A stretch of DNA of 64,000 nt from contig JBQPWD010000001.1 in NCBI GenBank assembly GCA_052246995.1, positions 96,001-160,000 of the forward strand, given 5' to 3'. Positions 19,613 through 28,469 of the stretch are shown here, in pieces. Within the stretch, counting starts at the first letter, position 1. Each line of letters begins with the position of its first letter. Both the position numbers and the translations under genes were made by a program. The DNA comes from Candidatus Bathyarchaeota archaeon. GTDB lineage: Archaea > Thermoproteota > Bathyarchaeia > Hecatellales > Hecatellaceae. Below the pieces are notes generated by a model, which did not search any database, was not told the DNA's origin, and worked only from the letters and a program-made list of their open reading frames with translations.

Positions 19613-21067
19613 TTAGAGAGTTTTTCCACCTTTAAGTCTTATAACTTCCTTCCATGTACTTGGCATAAGAAGAATGAGAACAGGGATTACTTCAAGCCTT
19701 CCAGCCCACATACCAAAGATGAGTACAGCTTTTACAAGCTCGGGAAGAGTGTTACTTATCCCCATAAAGCAAGGTCCAACAGTTGCTTGAGCTGAGAGAG
19801 TAGCAGAAAACGCCTCAAAAGTTTCAAACCCATGAAACGTTATAATACTTCCCAAAACTCCAGCTAAGAGGAAGTATGCAACAAAGAAGCCAAAAACCCT
19901 TATAATTGATTCCTCGCTAACAACCTGTTTTTCTATTCTCAGTATTTTTACGGTTCCTGGTGGAAGAATACTTTTTGTTAACATGTAATGTAGAATTTTC
20001 ATGAAGAGTATTACACGCATTATCTTTACCCCCCCAGCTGTTGACCCCATACTCCCCCCTATTACCATAAAAAATGTCAGTATCGTCTTTGTTAGCGGTG
20101 GAAGCTTCAGTACATTTACAGTTGTGTATCCTGTGGTGGTTAAAATTGATGTAGTTTGAAAAATTGACACCCTTAAAGCTTCCATGAAGTTTTGCTGGTT
20201 ATATGTTACAAGTTCAAATGAGATGATAATTGAAGAAATTAGGATCAATGTAAGCATAATTTTTATTTCAATATCCCTGAAAATTGCTTTAGGCTCCTTT
20301 CCGAAAAATACTTTTACGTGTGTTAAAAAGTTTGTAGCTCCTAGGATCATGAAAATAATGAGGGCAATCTCTACGTAGAAATTATTGTACTCTCTAATGC
20401 TAAGGTTGTTGGTTGAAAAACCCCCTGTTGATAGGCATGTAAAAGCGTGTGTTAAAGCCTCAAAAGGGTCAATCCCTAAAATCCAAAGTAAAGTTGCACA
20501 AGCAAGCGTGTAAATGAGGTATATTGCCCAGACTCTTCTTACCGTACCTATAACTCCGTATCGAAGTCTTTCCTCTCTTCCTTCAGCTCTATAAAGTCTT
20601 AAAATTCCAACACCAAGTCCTTCTTCGGTTATGAAACTGATAAATAGAAGAATTATACCTATTCCTCCAATCCACTGTGTAAAAGCCCTCCAAAATAGGA
20701 GAGAATGGGGTAGGCTTGGAATATTTCCTATTAACGTCATACCAGTTGTAGTGAAACCTGACATGGCTTCAAAATATGCATCGAGTAGAGGCATTTTAGC
20801 CGCTAAAACGTAGGGCAATGCGCCTACAAGTGAAACCATAAACCATGTAAGTGAGGATATAATCATAGCTTCAATTAGTGTTACCCCTACCAGTGGTTTA
20901 AATTTAAGTCTAAAAAAAAGACCGACGAAGATAGCCATAATTGCAATCTGCAGGAAACAAAATGCCTCATAGTACTCCCTGTAGATAAGGGCAACCGCTA
21001 CCGGTATAGTTAGGGTTAATCCGATAACAAGAATTATGCTGCCAAGATGCCATAAAATAACCCTCAT
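19613..21067 (-). CDS. trkH: TrkH K+ uptake membrane subunit
   Basis: FEAMSGFTTTG, STGGFS, TTTGY, GSTAGGVK and GRLE motifs. Confidence 0.94.
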   Translation of the reverse strand: MRVILWHLGSIILVIGLTLTIPVAVALIYREYYEAFCFLQIAIMAIFVGLFFRLKFKPLVGVTLIEAMIISSLTWFMVSLVGALPYVLAAKMPLLDAYFEAMSGFTTTGMTLIGNIPSLPHSLLFWRAFTQWIGGIGIILLFISFITEEGLGVGILRLYRAEGREERLRYGVIGTVRRVWAIYLIYTLACATLLWILGIDPFEALTHAFTCLSTGGFSTNNLSIREYNNFYVEIALIIFMILGATNFLTHVKVFFGKEPKAIFRDIEIKIMLTLILISSIIISFELVTYNQQNFMEALRVSIFQTTSILTTTGYTTVNVLKLPPLTKTILTFFMVIGGSMGSTAGGVKIMRVILFMKILHYMLTKSILPPGTVKILRIEKQVVSEESIIRVFGFFVAYFLLAGVLGSIITFHGFETFEAFSATLSAQATVGPCFMGISNTLPELVKAVLIFGMWAGRLEVIPVLILLMPSTWKEVIRLKGGKTL

Positions 21068-21193
21068 TTACTCACCAACCGTAGCAAGGCTACCTAAATA
21101 ACAAGTTACTGAATGTTTAAAGCTTTAAACCGGGATGGTATTATATTTTTCTCTTAAAGCCTTAAAGATTTATTTTGTCTTCTGAAGACATGT

Positions 21194-22969
21194 TTAAGTT
21201 TCAGCTATCTTTTTCAACTGTCTTTGATACATTTCTATTACCTCCGTTTCTGTTGTTGCATCTTCCGGGGCTTTGTCGTTCCTCCATTTACCAGTAAATC
21301 TTGGAAATCTTATAGCTAAACCACTTCCCTCTCTGATAACGTTTCTGGCAGTTGTATGAACAGGGCTTAAAGTTATTTCAGCTCCAATAACTTCTAAAAC
21401 AACTTTAGGTACAAACCAAACATCAGCCTTAATCTCCGAGTAAACTCTTGCATGACTATGCTGAATTATTAAATCCTTAAACATGTCGGGCATGGATGCT
21501 AAATCTTCATCCGTAAACCCTGAACCACACTTGCAAATAGTCTTAAACACATCGTTTTTATCATCATAAACTGCTAAAAGAAGTGCTCCATATGTTCCAA
21601 CCCTTTTTCCTCTACCATAAAACGCTCCAACAGCGACAAGGTCAAGAGTGTCTGTGAGAAGGGCTTGGTAATCTCTTTTATACTTTATCCATAACCATCC
21701 TCTAGCTCCAGCTTTATAAACCGAGTCTGGGGTTATAGCTTTCACCATAAGACCTTCACACCCCTCTTCAACAGCTTCTTGGAAGAATTTTTCAAGCTCT
21801 TTAATGTTATCCGTAACTATGGCTTTTGCAATTTTAACTCTATCAGACTCTTCAACAATTTCTTTAAGTTTTTCTCTTCTTTCAGGGTAAGGTTTAAGAG
21901 TATAGTCTTTTCCATTCACGTATAACAAGTCAAACATAAAAAGTGAAATAGGATAAAGCTTCATAGCTTCTTCTATATCGTACTTTCTTCTCCTATGCAT
22001 AAGCTCTTGGAAAGGCATCATTTCACCATTGTCAAGGTTGACTGCAACAGCTTCGCACTCAACAATGGCTTCAGAAGCTTTAACATGTCTTCTTACAAGT
22101 TCACAAGCATCTGGATAATGATGAGTAATATTCTCTAATCTGCGCGAGAAAAGCATAACCTCACCATTCGAGTTTTTGTGTGCCTGAATTCTTTCACCGT
22201 CATACTTGTATTCTGCTGCACACTTTCCAAGTTTTTCCAAAATTTCCTCAGCAGATGGTAGTCTTTCAGCAAGCATAGGCCTAACAGGTTTACCGACAGT
22301 AATTTTAAACTTTTTAATACCTTCTAAACCCTCCTCAGCTACAGATTTGGCAACCTCACCAAGGTCTGACGTTAAGTTGTAGGCTCTTTCAAGCTCTGGT
22401 CTAAGATCTTTAGAGCCGCAAAATGCTGCTGCAAGTCCATCCAGAATAGTCATATCTGCTACTCCAAGCCTAAGTTTCCCTGTAGCCATTCTTACAATAT
22501 ACTTGGCTTCAGCAGGGCTTGCGTGTGTAAGAAGACTTTGTAAAAGCTTAATTTTAACATCTTGAGACCCCTCACCAGTTGTTTTTGCAATTTTATCAAA
22601 TGTTTCATAAACCTTCTCTACAGTTAATTTTTCATCCTTGAATTCAAAAAGCTTTGTTTGAGTTTTTTTCTTGCTTATTAAATGGCTTGCAGCTTCACCT
22701 ATATCTCCCAGTCTTTGAAGCTCGCTATTTACAACTTTCTCACTTAAACCAGTAACCATTGCTATGGCTTTAATAGCCAGTTTTTCAGCTATTCCTAACT
22801 CAATGCCATAGTAATCCGGGTAGAGTTTACCCTGAGTTAGATAGACAACTTTGTCTATAATTTCTTTAGGTGTTTTTTTGAAGAGTTCTTCAAGATAGTC
22901 TGTTATTTCAAGTCTTTTCGTTGTGGACCCTATCTTCTCGTATACGTCAACTATTAGGGAATAATCCAT
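21194..22969 (-). CDS. lig: ATP-dependent DNA ligase
   Basis: KYDGER, EGLMVK, WIKYKRDY and IRFPRF; PIP-like QTKLFEF at 22640-22660. Confidence 0.97.
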   Translation of the reverse strand: MDYSLIVDVYEKIGSTTKRLEITDYLEELFKKTPKEIIDKVVYLTQGKLYPDYYGIELGIAEKLAIKAIAMVTGLSEKVVNSELQRLGDIGEAASHLISKKKTQTKLFEFKDEKLTVEKVYETFDKIAKTTGEGSQDVKIKLLQSLLTHASPAEAKYIVRMATGKLRLGVADMTILDGLAAAFCGSKDLRPELERAYNLTSDLGEVAKSVAEEGLEGIKKFKITVGKPVRPMLAERLPSAEEILEKLGKCAAEYKYDGERIQAHKNSNGEVMLFSRRLENITHHYPDACELVRRHVKASEAIVECEAVAVNLDNGEMMPFQELMHRRRKYDIEEAMKLYPISLFMFDLLYVNGKDYTLKPYPERREKLKEIVEESDRVKIAKAIVTDNIKELEKFFQEAVEEGCEGLMVKAITPDSVYKAGARGWLWIKYKRDYQALLTDTLDLVAVGAFYGRGKRVGTYGALLLAVYDDKNDVFKTICKCGSGFTDEDLASMPDMFKDLIIQHSHARVYSEIKADVWFVPKVVLEVIGAEITLSPVHTTARNVIREGSGLAIRFPRFTGKWRNDKAPEDATTETEVIEMYQRQLKKIAET

Positions 22970-23020
22970 TGTAAGCCTCGTGTAGATTATTTAAACCAGA
23001 ATAAATAAACTTTCCCGAAA

Positions 23021-23563
23021 TTAAAACTTTTCAAAATGAACAACTTGAGCAAGTTTTCTTCTTGAAGGTTTTAACGGCTTATGTGCTGGATAACCTAAAG
23101 GTATTAAAGCTACAGGTCTAAAATCTTCAGGAATACCTAAAATCCTTTTTACTTTTTCTTCATGAAACGCTCCAACCCAGCATGTGGCAAGGCTAAGACT
23201 ATAAGCCGCTAAAAGCATATTTTGGATAGCCGCCGCACTATCCTGTAAACAATATAGATTCCTACCTCTCTCACCATATGCTCTTTCAGCTTTTTTAAGG
23301 TCTACACATACAACAATCACAACTGGTGCTTCAGCCACAAATTCCTGGTTTAAAGCTGCTTCAGCCAACTTTTCCTTTAACTCTTTACTTCTTACAACTA
23401 TAACCTCCCATGGTTGAACATTTCCAGCTGATGGTGCCCATCTACCTGCTTCAAGTATTTTTTTCAAATCTTCCTCGGAAACATCTTTCTCGGTAAACTT
23501 TCTTATACTTCTTCTTTCAAATATTGCTTCAAAAACATCCATCTTGCCCACCCCAGTAATCAT
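23021..23563 (-). CDS. nitroreductase family protein
   Basis: RRSIRKF, APSAGNVQPW and QNMLLAA; true start probably at MDVFEAI. Confidence 0.93.
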   Translation of the reverse strand: MITGVGKMDVFEAIFERRSIRKFTEKDVSEEDLKKILEAGRWAPSAGNVQPWEVIVVRSKELKEKLAEAALNQEFVAEAPVVIVVCVDLKKAERAYGERGRNLYCLQDSAAAIQNMLLAAYSLSLATCWVGAFHEEKVKRILGIPEDFRPVALIPLGYPAHKPLKPSRRKLAQVVHFEKF

Positions 23564-23677
23564 GTTTCTGTTTACTCTTTAATTTCCATTAAACTTTTCC
23601 TAATTGTTTCAAGAAAATCTTATAGGTGTTTACCAAGTAAGTTTAAGTGATAAAGTGAGTATTAAAGGGTTTATCTG

Positions 23678-24334
23678 TTGAATGAACACGAGTTTTTTAG
23701 AATTCTTAAAAAGGTTTTAAAAAGCAAGGGTGGGCCACCACTAACCTTTACTCTTTTCCACGTTATTGAAGCATTAGAGATTATTGGAAACGAAAATAAT
23801 ATTGGAAGGGTTAAACTTGCGAAAAAGCTTGGTTTAGGTGAGGGTGCAACCAGAACCCTTCTAAAACATTTGAAAGAAAATAAACTTATAACTGTTCATC
23901 CAGCTTTTGGTTGTAGATTAACGGAAGCTGGTAAAAAGCTTTATAAAATTATTAACTCTAATCTTTCAAGAGTTGTTGAACTCCCAAAAACCTCGTTATC
24001 CGTGGGTAAGTATAGTACCGCTATACTTGTAAAAAATGCTGGCAAGGTTATAAGTTACGGTTTGGAGCAACGTGATGCCGCTATAAAGGCTGGTGGTGTT
24101 GGTGCGACAACATTAATCTATAGTGATGGTAAATTTATAATGCCTGGTTTTAAGGCTGAAGAATACATAAAAGATGATGAAATTTCTAGATTGCTTATCT
24201 CCAACCTTCAACCATCAAATGGTGATGTAGTAATCATTGGAGGAGGTTTAGATAAGTATACCGCAAAGATAGCTGCTAAAATGGCTGCTATTGAAACTTT
24301 AAAAAGTATGCTTAAAGAAGATACTTCTGAATAG
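23678..24334 (+). CDS. winged-HTH protein (DUF4443/DUF2111-like)
   Basis: IGR..LA..LGLGEG..RT HTH; GLEQRDAAIKAG..GATT C-terminal domain. Confidence 0.75.
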   Translation: MNEHEFFRILKKVLKSKGGPPLTFTLFHVIEALEIIGNENNIGRVKLAKKLGLGEGATRTLLKHLKENKLITVHPAFGCRLTEAGKKLYKIINSNLSRVVELPKTSLSVGKYSTAILVKNAGKVISYGLEQRDAAIKAGGVGATTLIYSDGKFIMPGFKAEEYIKDDEISRLLISNLQPSNGDVVIIGGGLDKYTAKIAAKMAAIETLKSMLKEDTSE

Positions 24335-24344
24335 GTTTAATGTT

Positions 24345-25139
24345 ATGAGTGTTATTGAACGTTTATCTACAGGAATTCCTGATTTTGATAAACTTGTTGA
24401 TGGTGGCATTCCCAGAGGCTTTGTTGTTGCTATAACGGGAGAGCCTGGAACGGGTAAAACAATTTTCTCAATACATTTCGTTGCTCAGGGTATTAAGGAC
24501 AAGGATACATGCATTTATGTAACAACAGAGGAATCCCGCGAATCAATTATTGTACAGGCTAAGCAGTTTGGTATCGACTTTTCATCAGCTGTTGAAAAAA
24601 GAAGGTTAATTATTATTGACGCATTAATGGGCTTAGAAGACCAGTGGTCTCTTAAAAGTCTTGACGTTGAAGAGCTACTTAACAAGGTTATTGGGGCAAA
24701 AAAATCTTTAGGCTATGGTAGGTCTAGGCTTGTGATAGACAGCTTATCTGCCTTCTGGCTTGATAAACCTGCAATGGCTAGAAGGTACTCTTATCTTGTT
24801 AAGAAGGTTTTATCTAAATGGGATTTCACTGTTTTTGCTGTTTCACAGTATGCCATCACAACCTCTGATGCTTTTGGATTTGGCTTAGAACATATTGCTG
24901 AGGGCATAGTAAGGTTTAGAAGGTTTGTTCGTGGAGGAGTTTTAAGAAGATATATTTTAGTTGAGAAAATGAGGCAGACAAGTCACTCCTTGGTGATGCA
25001 TGAAGTGTCTGTTGTTGATGGTAAAGGTTTAGTTGTTTTAGGTCCTGTAAAAGAGCGAAAAGAAGATATTTCTCTCCCTGAAAGTATTGCAAGAAAGATG
25101 GTTAAAGCTAAGGATGAAAAAGAAGGTGAATTACCATAG
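24345..25139 (+). CDS. single-domain KaiC-like ATPase
   Basis: RLSTGI..FD....GGIP, GEPGTGKT, LVIDS and VEKMR. Confidence 0.9.
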   Translation: MSVIERLSTGIPDFDKLVDGGIPRGFVVAITGEPGTGKTIFSIHFVAQGIKDKDTCIYVTTEESRESIIVQAKQFGIDFSSAVEKRRLIIIDALMGLEDQWSLKSLDVEELLNKVIGAKKSLGYGRSRLVIDSLSAFWLDKPAMARRYSYLVKKVLSKWDFTVFAVSQYAITTSDAFGFGLEHIAEGIVRFRRFVRGGVLRRYILVEKMRQTSHSLVMHEVSVVDGKGLVVLGPVKERKEDISLPESIARKMVKAKDEKEGELP

Positions 25140-25151
25140 AGAAGTTGTATA

Positions 25152-26090
25152 ATGTTAAATTCTTCTTTCCAAACTTTTAATTATAGATGTGTAGTGAATA
25201 ATCTAATTTTTGAGCATTACAACAAGCTTGAAGTTAAATCTGAAATTGTAGAATTCTGCAAAAACAGGTGGGTTGGACTTCACTGTGAAGGTAAGGATGA
25301 AAAGGGTAGAAAAGTTTTAGTTAGATATCTTGGTTCTAAGAAACATCCGCTACGAATTTCTTCTATAAAAGAGCTGGAGAAACTCTTTTCATTTTTTAGC
25401 AAACTTAAACCTAGAACAGTTTATGCAACAGCAAACATATACAGTAAACTTAGGTTCTTAGAGGACCTTTACGATTCTTCAAACATTTCGGCGTGTATGC
25501 CTACATTAGACATTGATAACGCTCTGGAAGATTGGGATGCAACCGTTAAAGCTGTTTATGAAGTTATTTCAACTTTAGAGGCTAATGGCGTCCTTAAATC
25601 CTTTTTTATCAAGTTTAGCGGTAATGGTGTCCATGTTCATGTTCATCCTTACGCAATTTCTGAGGATGTTAGAAAAAGGTTTAATCCGCTAGACATAGCT
25701 TGGACAATTTCTGAATATGTTAAAGAGAAAGTTTCACCAAAAGTTTTAGATATTGCCTTAAAGTTTAATGCTGAAAAACTAAAAATTGAGAATGTTATAG
25801 ATCCTCAACGACTCTTTACGGCGCCCCTTTCAATTCATAGGGAAAAGCCAAAAGTTACTGTTTGTATAAATCCTAATAAGATTGATGACTTTAACCCTTT
25901 ACATGATGCAAACCTAAAAAATTTTAAACATTTCTTCAATTGGAAGGAATATGTTAAAGGTGAAGCTGATGAACTAGCATTAAAAGCATACCAGAATATT
26001 TGCTTTTTTCCGTTTAAAAGAAGAAGATGGAGGAAACATCCCCCACTAGATAAACAAGTAATGAAGTTTATAAAAAACAACCAAGTTTAA
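25152..26090 (+). CDS. archaeo-eukaryotic primase (AEP) superfamily protein
   Basis: Motif I LDID, motif II FSGNGVHVH and motif III region ID..RLFTAPLSIH; start may be the GTG near 25194. Confidence 0.75.
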   Translation: MLNSSFQTFNYRCVVNNLIFEHYNKLEVKSEIVEFCKNRWVGLHCEGKDEKGRKVLVRYLGSKKHPLRISSIKELEKLFSFFSKLKPRTVYATANIYSKLRFLEDLYDSSNISACMPTLDIDNALEDWDATVKAVYEVISTLEANGVLKSFFIKFSGNGVHVHVHPYAISEDVRKRFNPLDIAWTISEYVKEKVSPKVLDIALKFNAEKLKIENVIDPQRLFTAPLSIHREKPKVTVCINPNKIDDFNPLHDANLKNFKHFFNWKEYVKGEADELALKAYQNICFFPFKRRRWRKHPPLDKQVMKFIKNNQV

Positions 26091-26112
26091 TTGAAAATTT
26101 AGCCTAGAGTTT

Positions 26113-26451
26113 TTATTTATATTCATCTAAAAGCTTAAGAATTTTTTTAAGTTTTTCTGGTTCAATAACTTTATGCCTAGGAAAGAAAACTCGAAGTTCT
26201 TCTACACTTTTAGGCATACAGTTTACTATCTGTATAGCTTCCTTGATATTAACATCAAACTCCTCGGTGATCTTTTTTGTAAGTTCTTTAGCTTTTTCTC
26301 CATCAAGCTTTGAAAACATTAAAGTATATTCTAAGGTTTTTCTTTGGAAATGGTTTAGTTCTCTGTTAAGATTTTTAAGTAGATCTCTAACCTCGTGGAT
26401 TGTTATGGGCTTGCTTTCAACTTTTTTTAAAGGTACTTTTCCCCACCTCAA
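26113..26451 (-). CDS. rpo4: RNA polymerase subunit Rpo4/RpoF
   Basis: PITI.EV, Q..TLEY...FSK and QIVN.MP.S.EELR; follows rpl21e. Confidence 0.9.
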   Translation of the reverse strand: MRWGKVPLKKVESKPITIHEVRDLLKNLNRELNHFQRKTLEYTLMFSKLDGEKAKELTKKITEEFDVNIKEAIQIVNCMPKSVEELRVFFPRHKVIEPEKLKKILKLLDEYK

Positions 26452-26744
26452 ACTTTAACTTCTCTTAAATGTTCGGGTAAGGTAATGATTTTTCTTTCCT
26501 TTCCCCCGTCCATAACCTTAACAATATACGCCTTACCTCGCCTTCCCAAAACTACCCCTATCTTGCCATGGTAGCGTCTATGAGGTTCTCCTTTATGGGT
26601 TGTTGGATCTATAAGAATTTGCACTTTATCTCCAGTTTTATACTCAACCAGGAGGTATCCTAGAGGTCTTAATCCTCTTTCTCTACGCTTTTTTCTTAAA
26701 AGTAACCTTGTTTGAGAGCGAAAACCCTTAGATTTTTGCACCAT
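26448..26744 (-). CDS. rpl21e: 50S ribosomal protein L21e
   Basis: SKGFRS.TR, HKGEPHRRYHG and PEHL. Confidence 0.96.
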   Translation of the reverse strand: MVQKSKGFRSQTRLLLRKKRRERGLRPLGYLLVEYKTGDKVQILIDPTTHKGEPHRRYHGKIGVVLGRRGKAYIVKVMDGGKERKIITLPEHLREVKV

Positions 26745-26756
26745 TGTCTCTCTACC

Positions 26757-28079
26757 CTAACAGCTTATATTTAAAACGGTTAACTCCAAACACTTTAACT
26801 TTTTCCCTAAAACTTCTGAGATGTTTGGTTTTGTTCTTCCTTCATCTCCATCAATAAGCTCTTTAACATAAAGCCCTCCTTGACACTCGATCTTCAACTT
26901 TAATCTTTTAGGTGTAAGTTTGTCCACTTCAACAGAGTAAACACGTTTTACTCTAACCTTATCAACTCTTCTATGCATAACCCTTTTAGGAGTTTGCTGA
27001 TAAACATCCACATCCTTAAACTTTTCTCCAAGAATTTTTAAGTCTTCATCGGTTATCTCTCTGTTTTCAGTTTCAACAATGGCTTCATAGATCTTTTTTG
27101 CATGTTCAAGAAGCTTGATTTTTCTTACTGTTTCTCTATCAGCAAAATATAAGTCTTCGACTTCGACTTTACCTGTTTTGTTAACTTCATCTTCAACCTT
27201 CTTAAGGTTAATACTTCTTCTTTTAGGATTTTTAACCTCAATTATAAACGGTCTACCGTTACCTAAAACTAATGCGTCAACATCTTCCCTTCCACTAGCA
27301 TGAAACTTGGTGTTTTCCCCTAGTGTTTCATTTAAAATGGGTTTTTCTATTATTTCTTGAACGGATTCCTCGTACATTTTACCCTTCCAGTTACAACGTT
27401 TGCAACCAATTCCTTTACACTTTTTACACATCCACTTTGATTGAGGAATACCCCTAACAAGTTTTTTATATTTTCCGCCAACAAACAACGGGTTAACCTG
27501 AACTTTAACTTCCTCACTAAACGGGTTAAATAGAATAACAATATCAGGTTTTTTATATTCAACGCTTTTTCCAGTAATTTTTGATAAAATCTTTCCAACT
27601 TCCCTTGTAAACTCGCTTTTAATTGTTTCTCCCCAACTTATTTTATACCTAGCTCTTAAAGAATCTTCGGCTTCAATGACATCTTTTGGTACTTCAACCC
27701 CGACAAGAAAATTGTTAAACTCATAATCACCAACCTCTTTTAAACATTTTTCAGCTATTAAGTTAAGCTCCTGAAATTTTCCCCTGCAAATTACACATAA
27801 ACTTTTGTTTTCTTTTAAAGGGTAACCAAGCTTTTTTAATGTGTTTTTTGCTGTTAGAAACATGCCGTTTAATGCTATTTTTCTTAAAATCTCAACTCCA
27901 ACTTTTTCCTTTTCAAGCGTAAGTTTATGAGCCTTCATAGTTAAAATATTTTTTAAGCTTCTACCTCTTTCAGCATTATCCAAACCATAACCTAAGGTTG
28001 CAAATTGTCTACCTAAGCAATTGTCACATAAACAATTTTCCATTAAAAGTTTTTCTGCATTTTCCAAAATGTCTTCCAT
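26757..28079 (-). CDS. pus10: tRNA pseudouridine(54/55) synthase Pus10
   Basis: LCDNCLGRQF, FHASGREDVD, QQTPKRV.HRR and GGLYVKELI.GD.GRT.P. Confidence 0.96.
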   Translation of the reverse strand: MEDILENAEKLLMENCLCDNCLGRQFATLGYGLDNAERGRSLKNILTMKAHKLTLEKEKVGVEILRKIALNGMFLTAKNTLKKLGYPLKENKSLCVICRGKFQELNLIAEKCLKEVGDYEFNNFLVGVEVPKDVIEAEDSLRARYKISWGETIKSEFTREVGKILSKITGKSVEYKKPDIVILFNPFSEEVKVQVNPLFVGGKYKKLVRGIPQSKWMCKKCKGIGCKRCNWKGKMYEESVQEIIEKPILNETLGENTKFHASGREDVDALVLGNGRPFIIEVKNPKRRSINLKKVEDEVNKTGKVEVEDLYFADRETVRKIKLLEHAKKIYEAIVETENREITDEDLKILGEKFKDVDVYQQTPKRVMHRRVDKVRVKRVYSVEVDKLTPKRLKLKIECQGGLYVKELIDGDEGRTKPNISEVLGKKLKCLELTVLNISC

Positions 28080-28258
28080 AACTCATCAGAAACTAGAGTT
28101 TTCCCAAGCTAATGTATAAGGATAAAGAATTAAAATTAAGTTTATTATGTAAATTTTATGGTGTTCGGTCTATTTTACAGTAACCTGACAAGAAAATCCA
28201 ACAGTTTTAACTTTGAGGGTCACGGCAGATTTGAATAGGATAGTTTTTTCTTGTTTGG

Positions 28259-28450
28259 ATAAGTTTGTCTATATGGTGCTTTAGGTGTTTAAAGGTTGGA
28301 GCAAAGCTTCAAGCTAAGATGGGCTTTCCCAAAGCGGGATACAGCTGTAATGGCTTATCTAAAAAATGCCTTAACACGGTACAAAACTTGGGTAGGGTGA
28401 AACATTAAGCGGGGAAAATGAAAATCTTTTAGCTTTAGCTATGGAAAGTA
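28259..28450 (+). mobile_element. decayed IS200/IS605 remnant: tnpB C-terminal fragment plus right-end hairpin
   Basis: Frame from 28259 reads ISLSIWCFRCLKVGAKLQAKMGFPKAGYSCN, then A.L.NA after a frameshift, resembling the TnpB TS..CS.CG...F.C..CGY..NADLNA pattern; TAGCTTTAGCTA palindrome at 28430-28441. Confidence 0.55.
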
Positions 28451-28469
28451 TTAGATTGAAGAATTCTTA

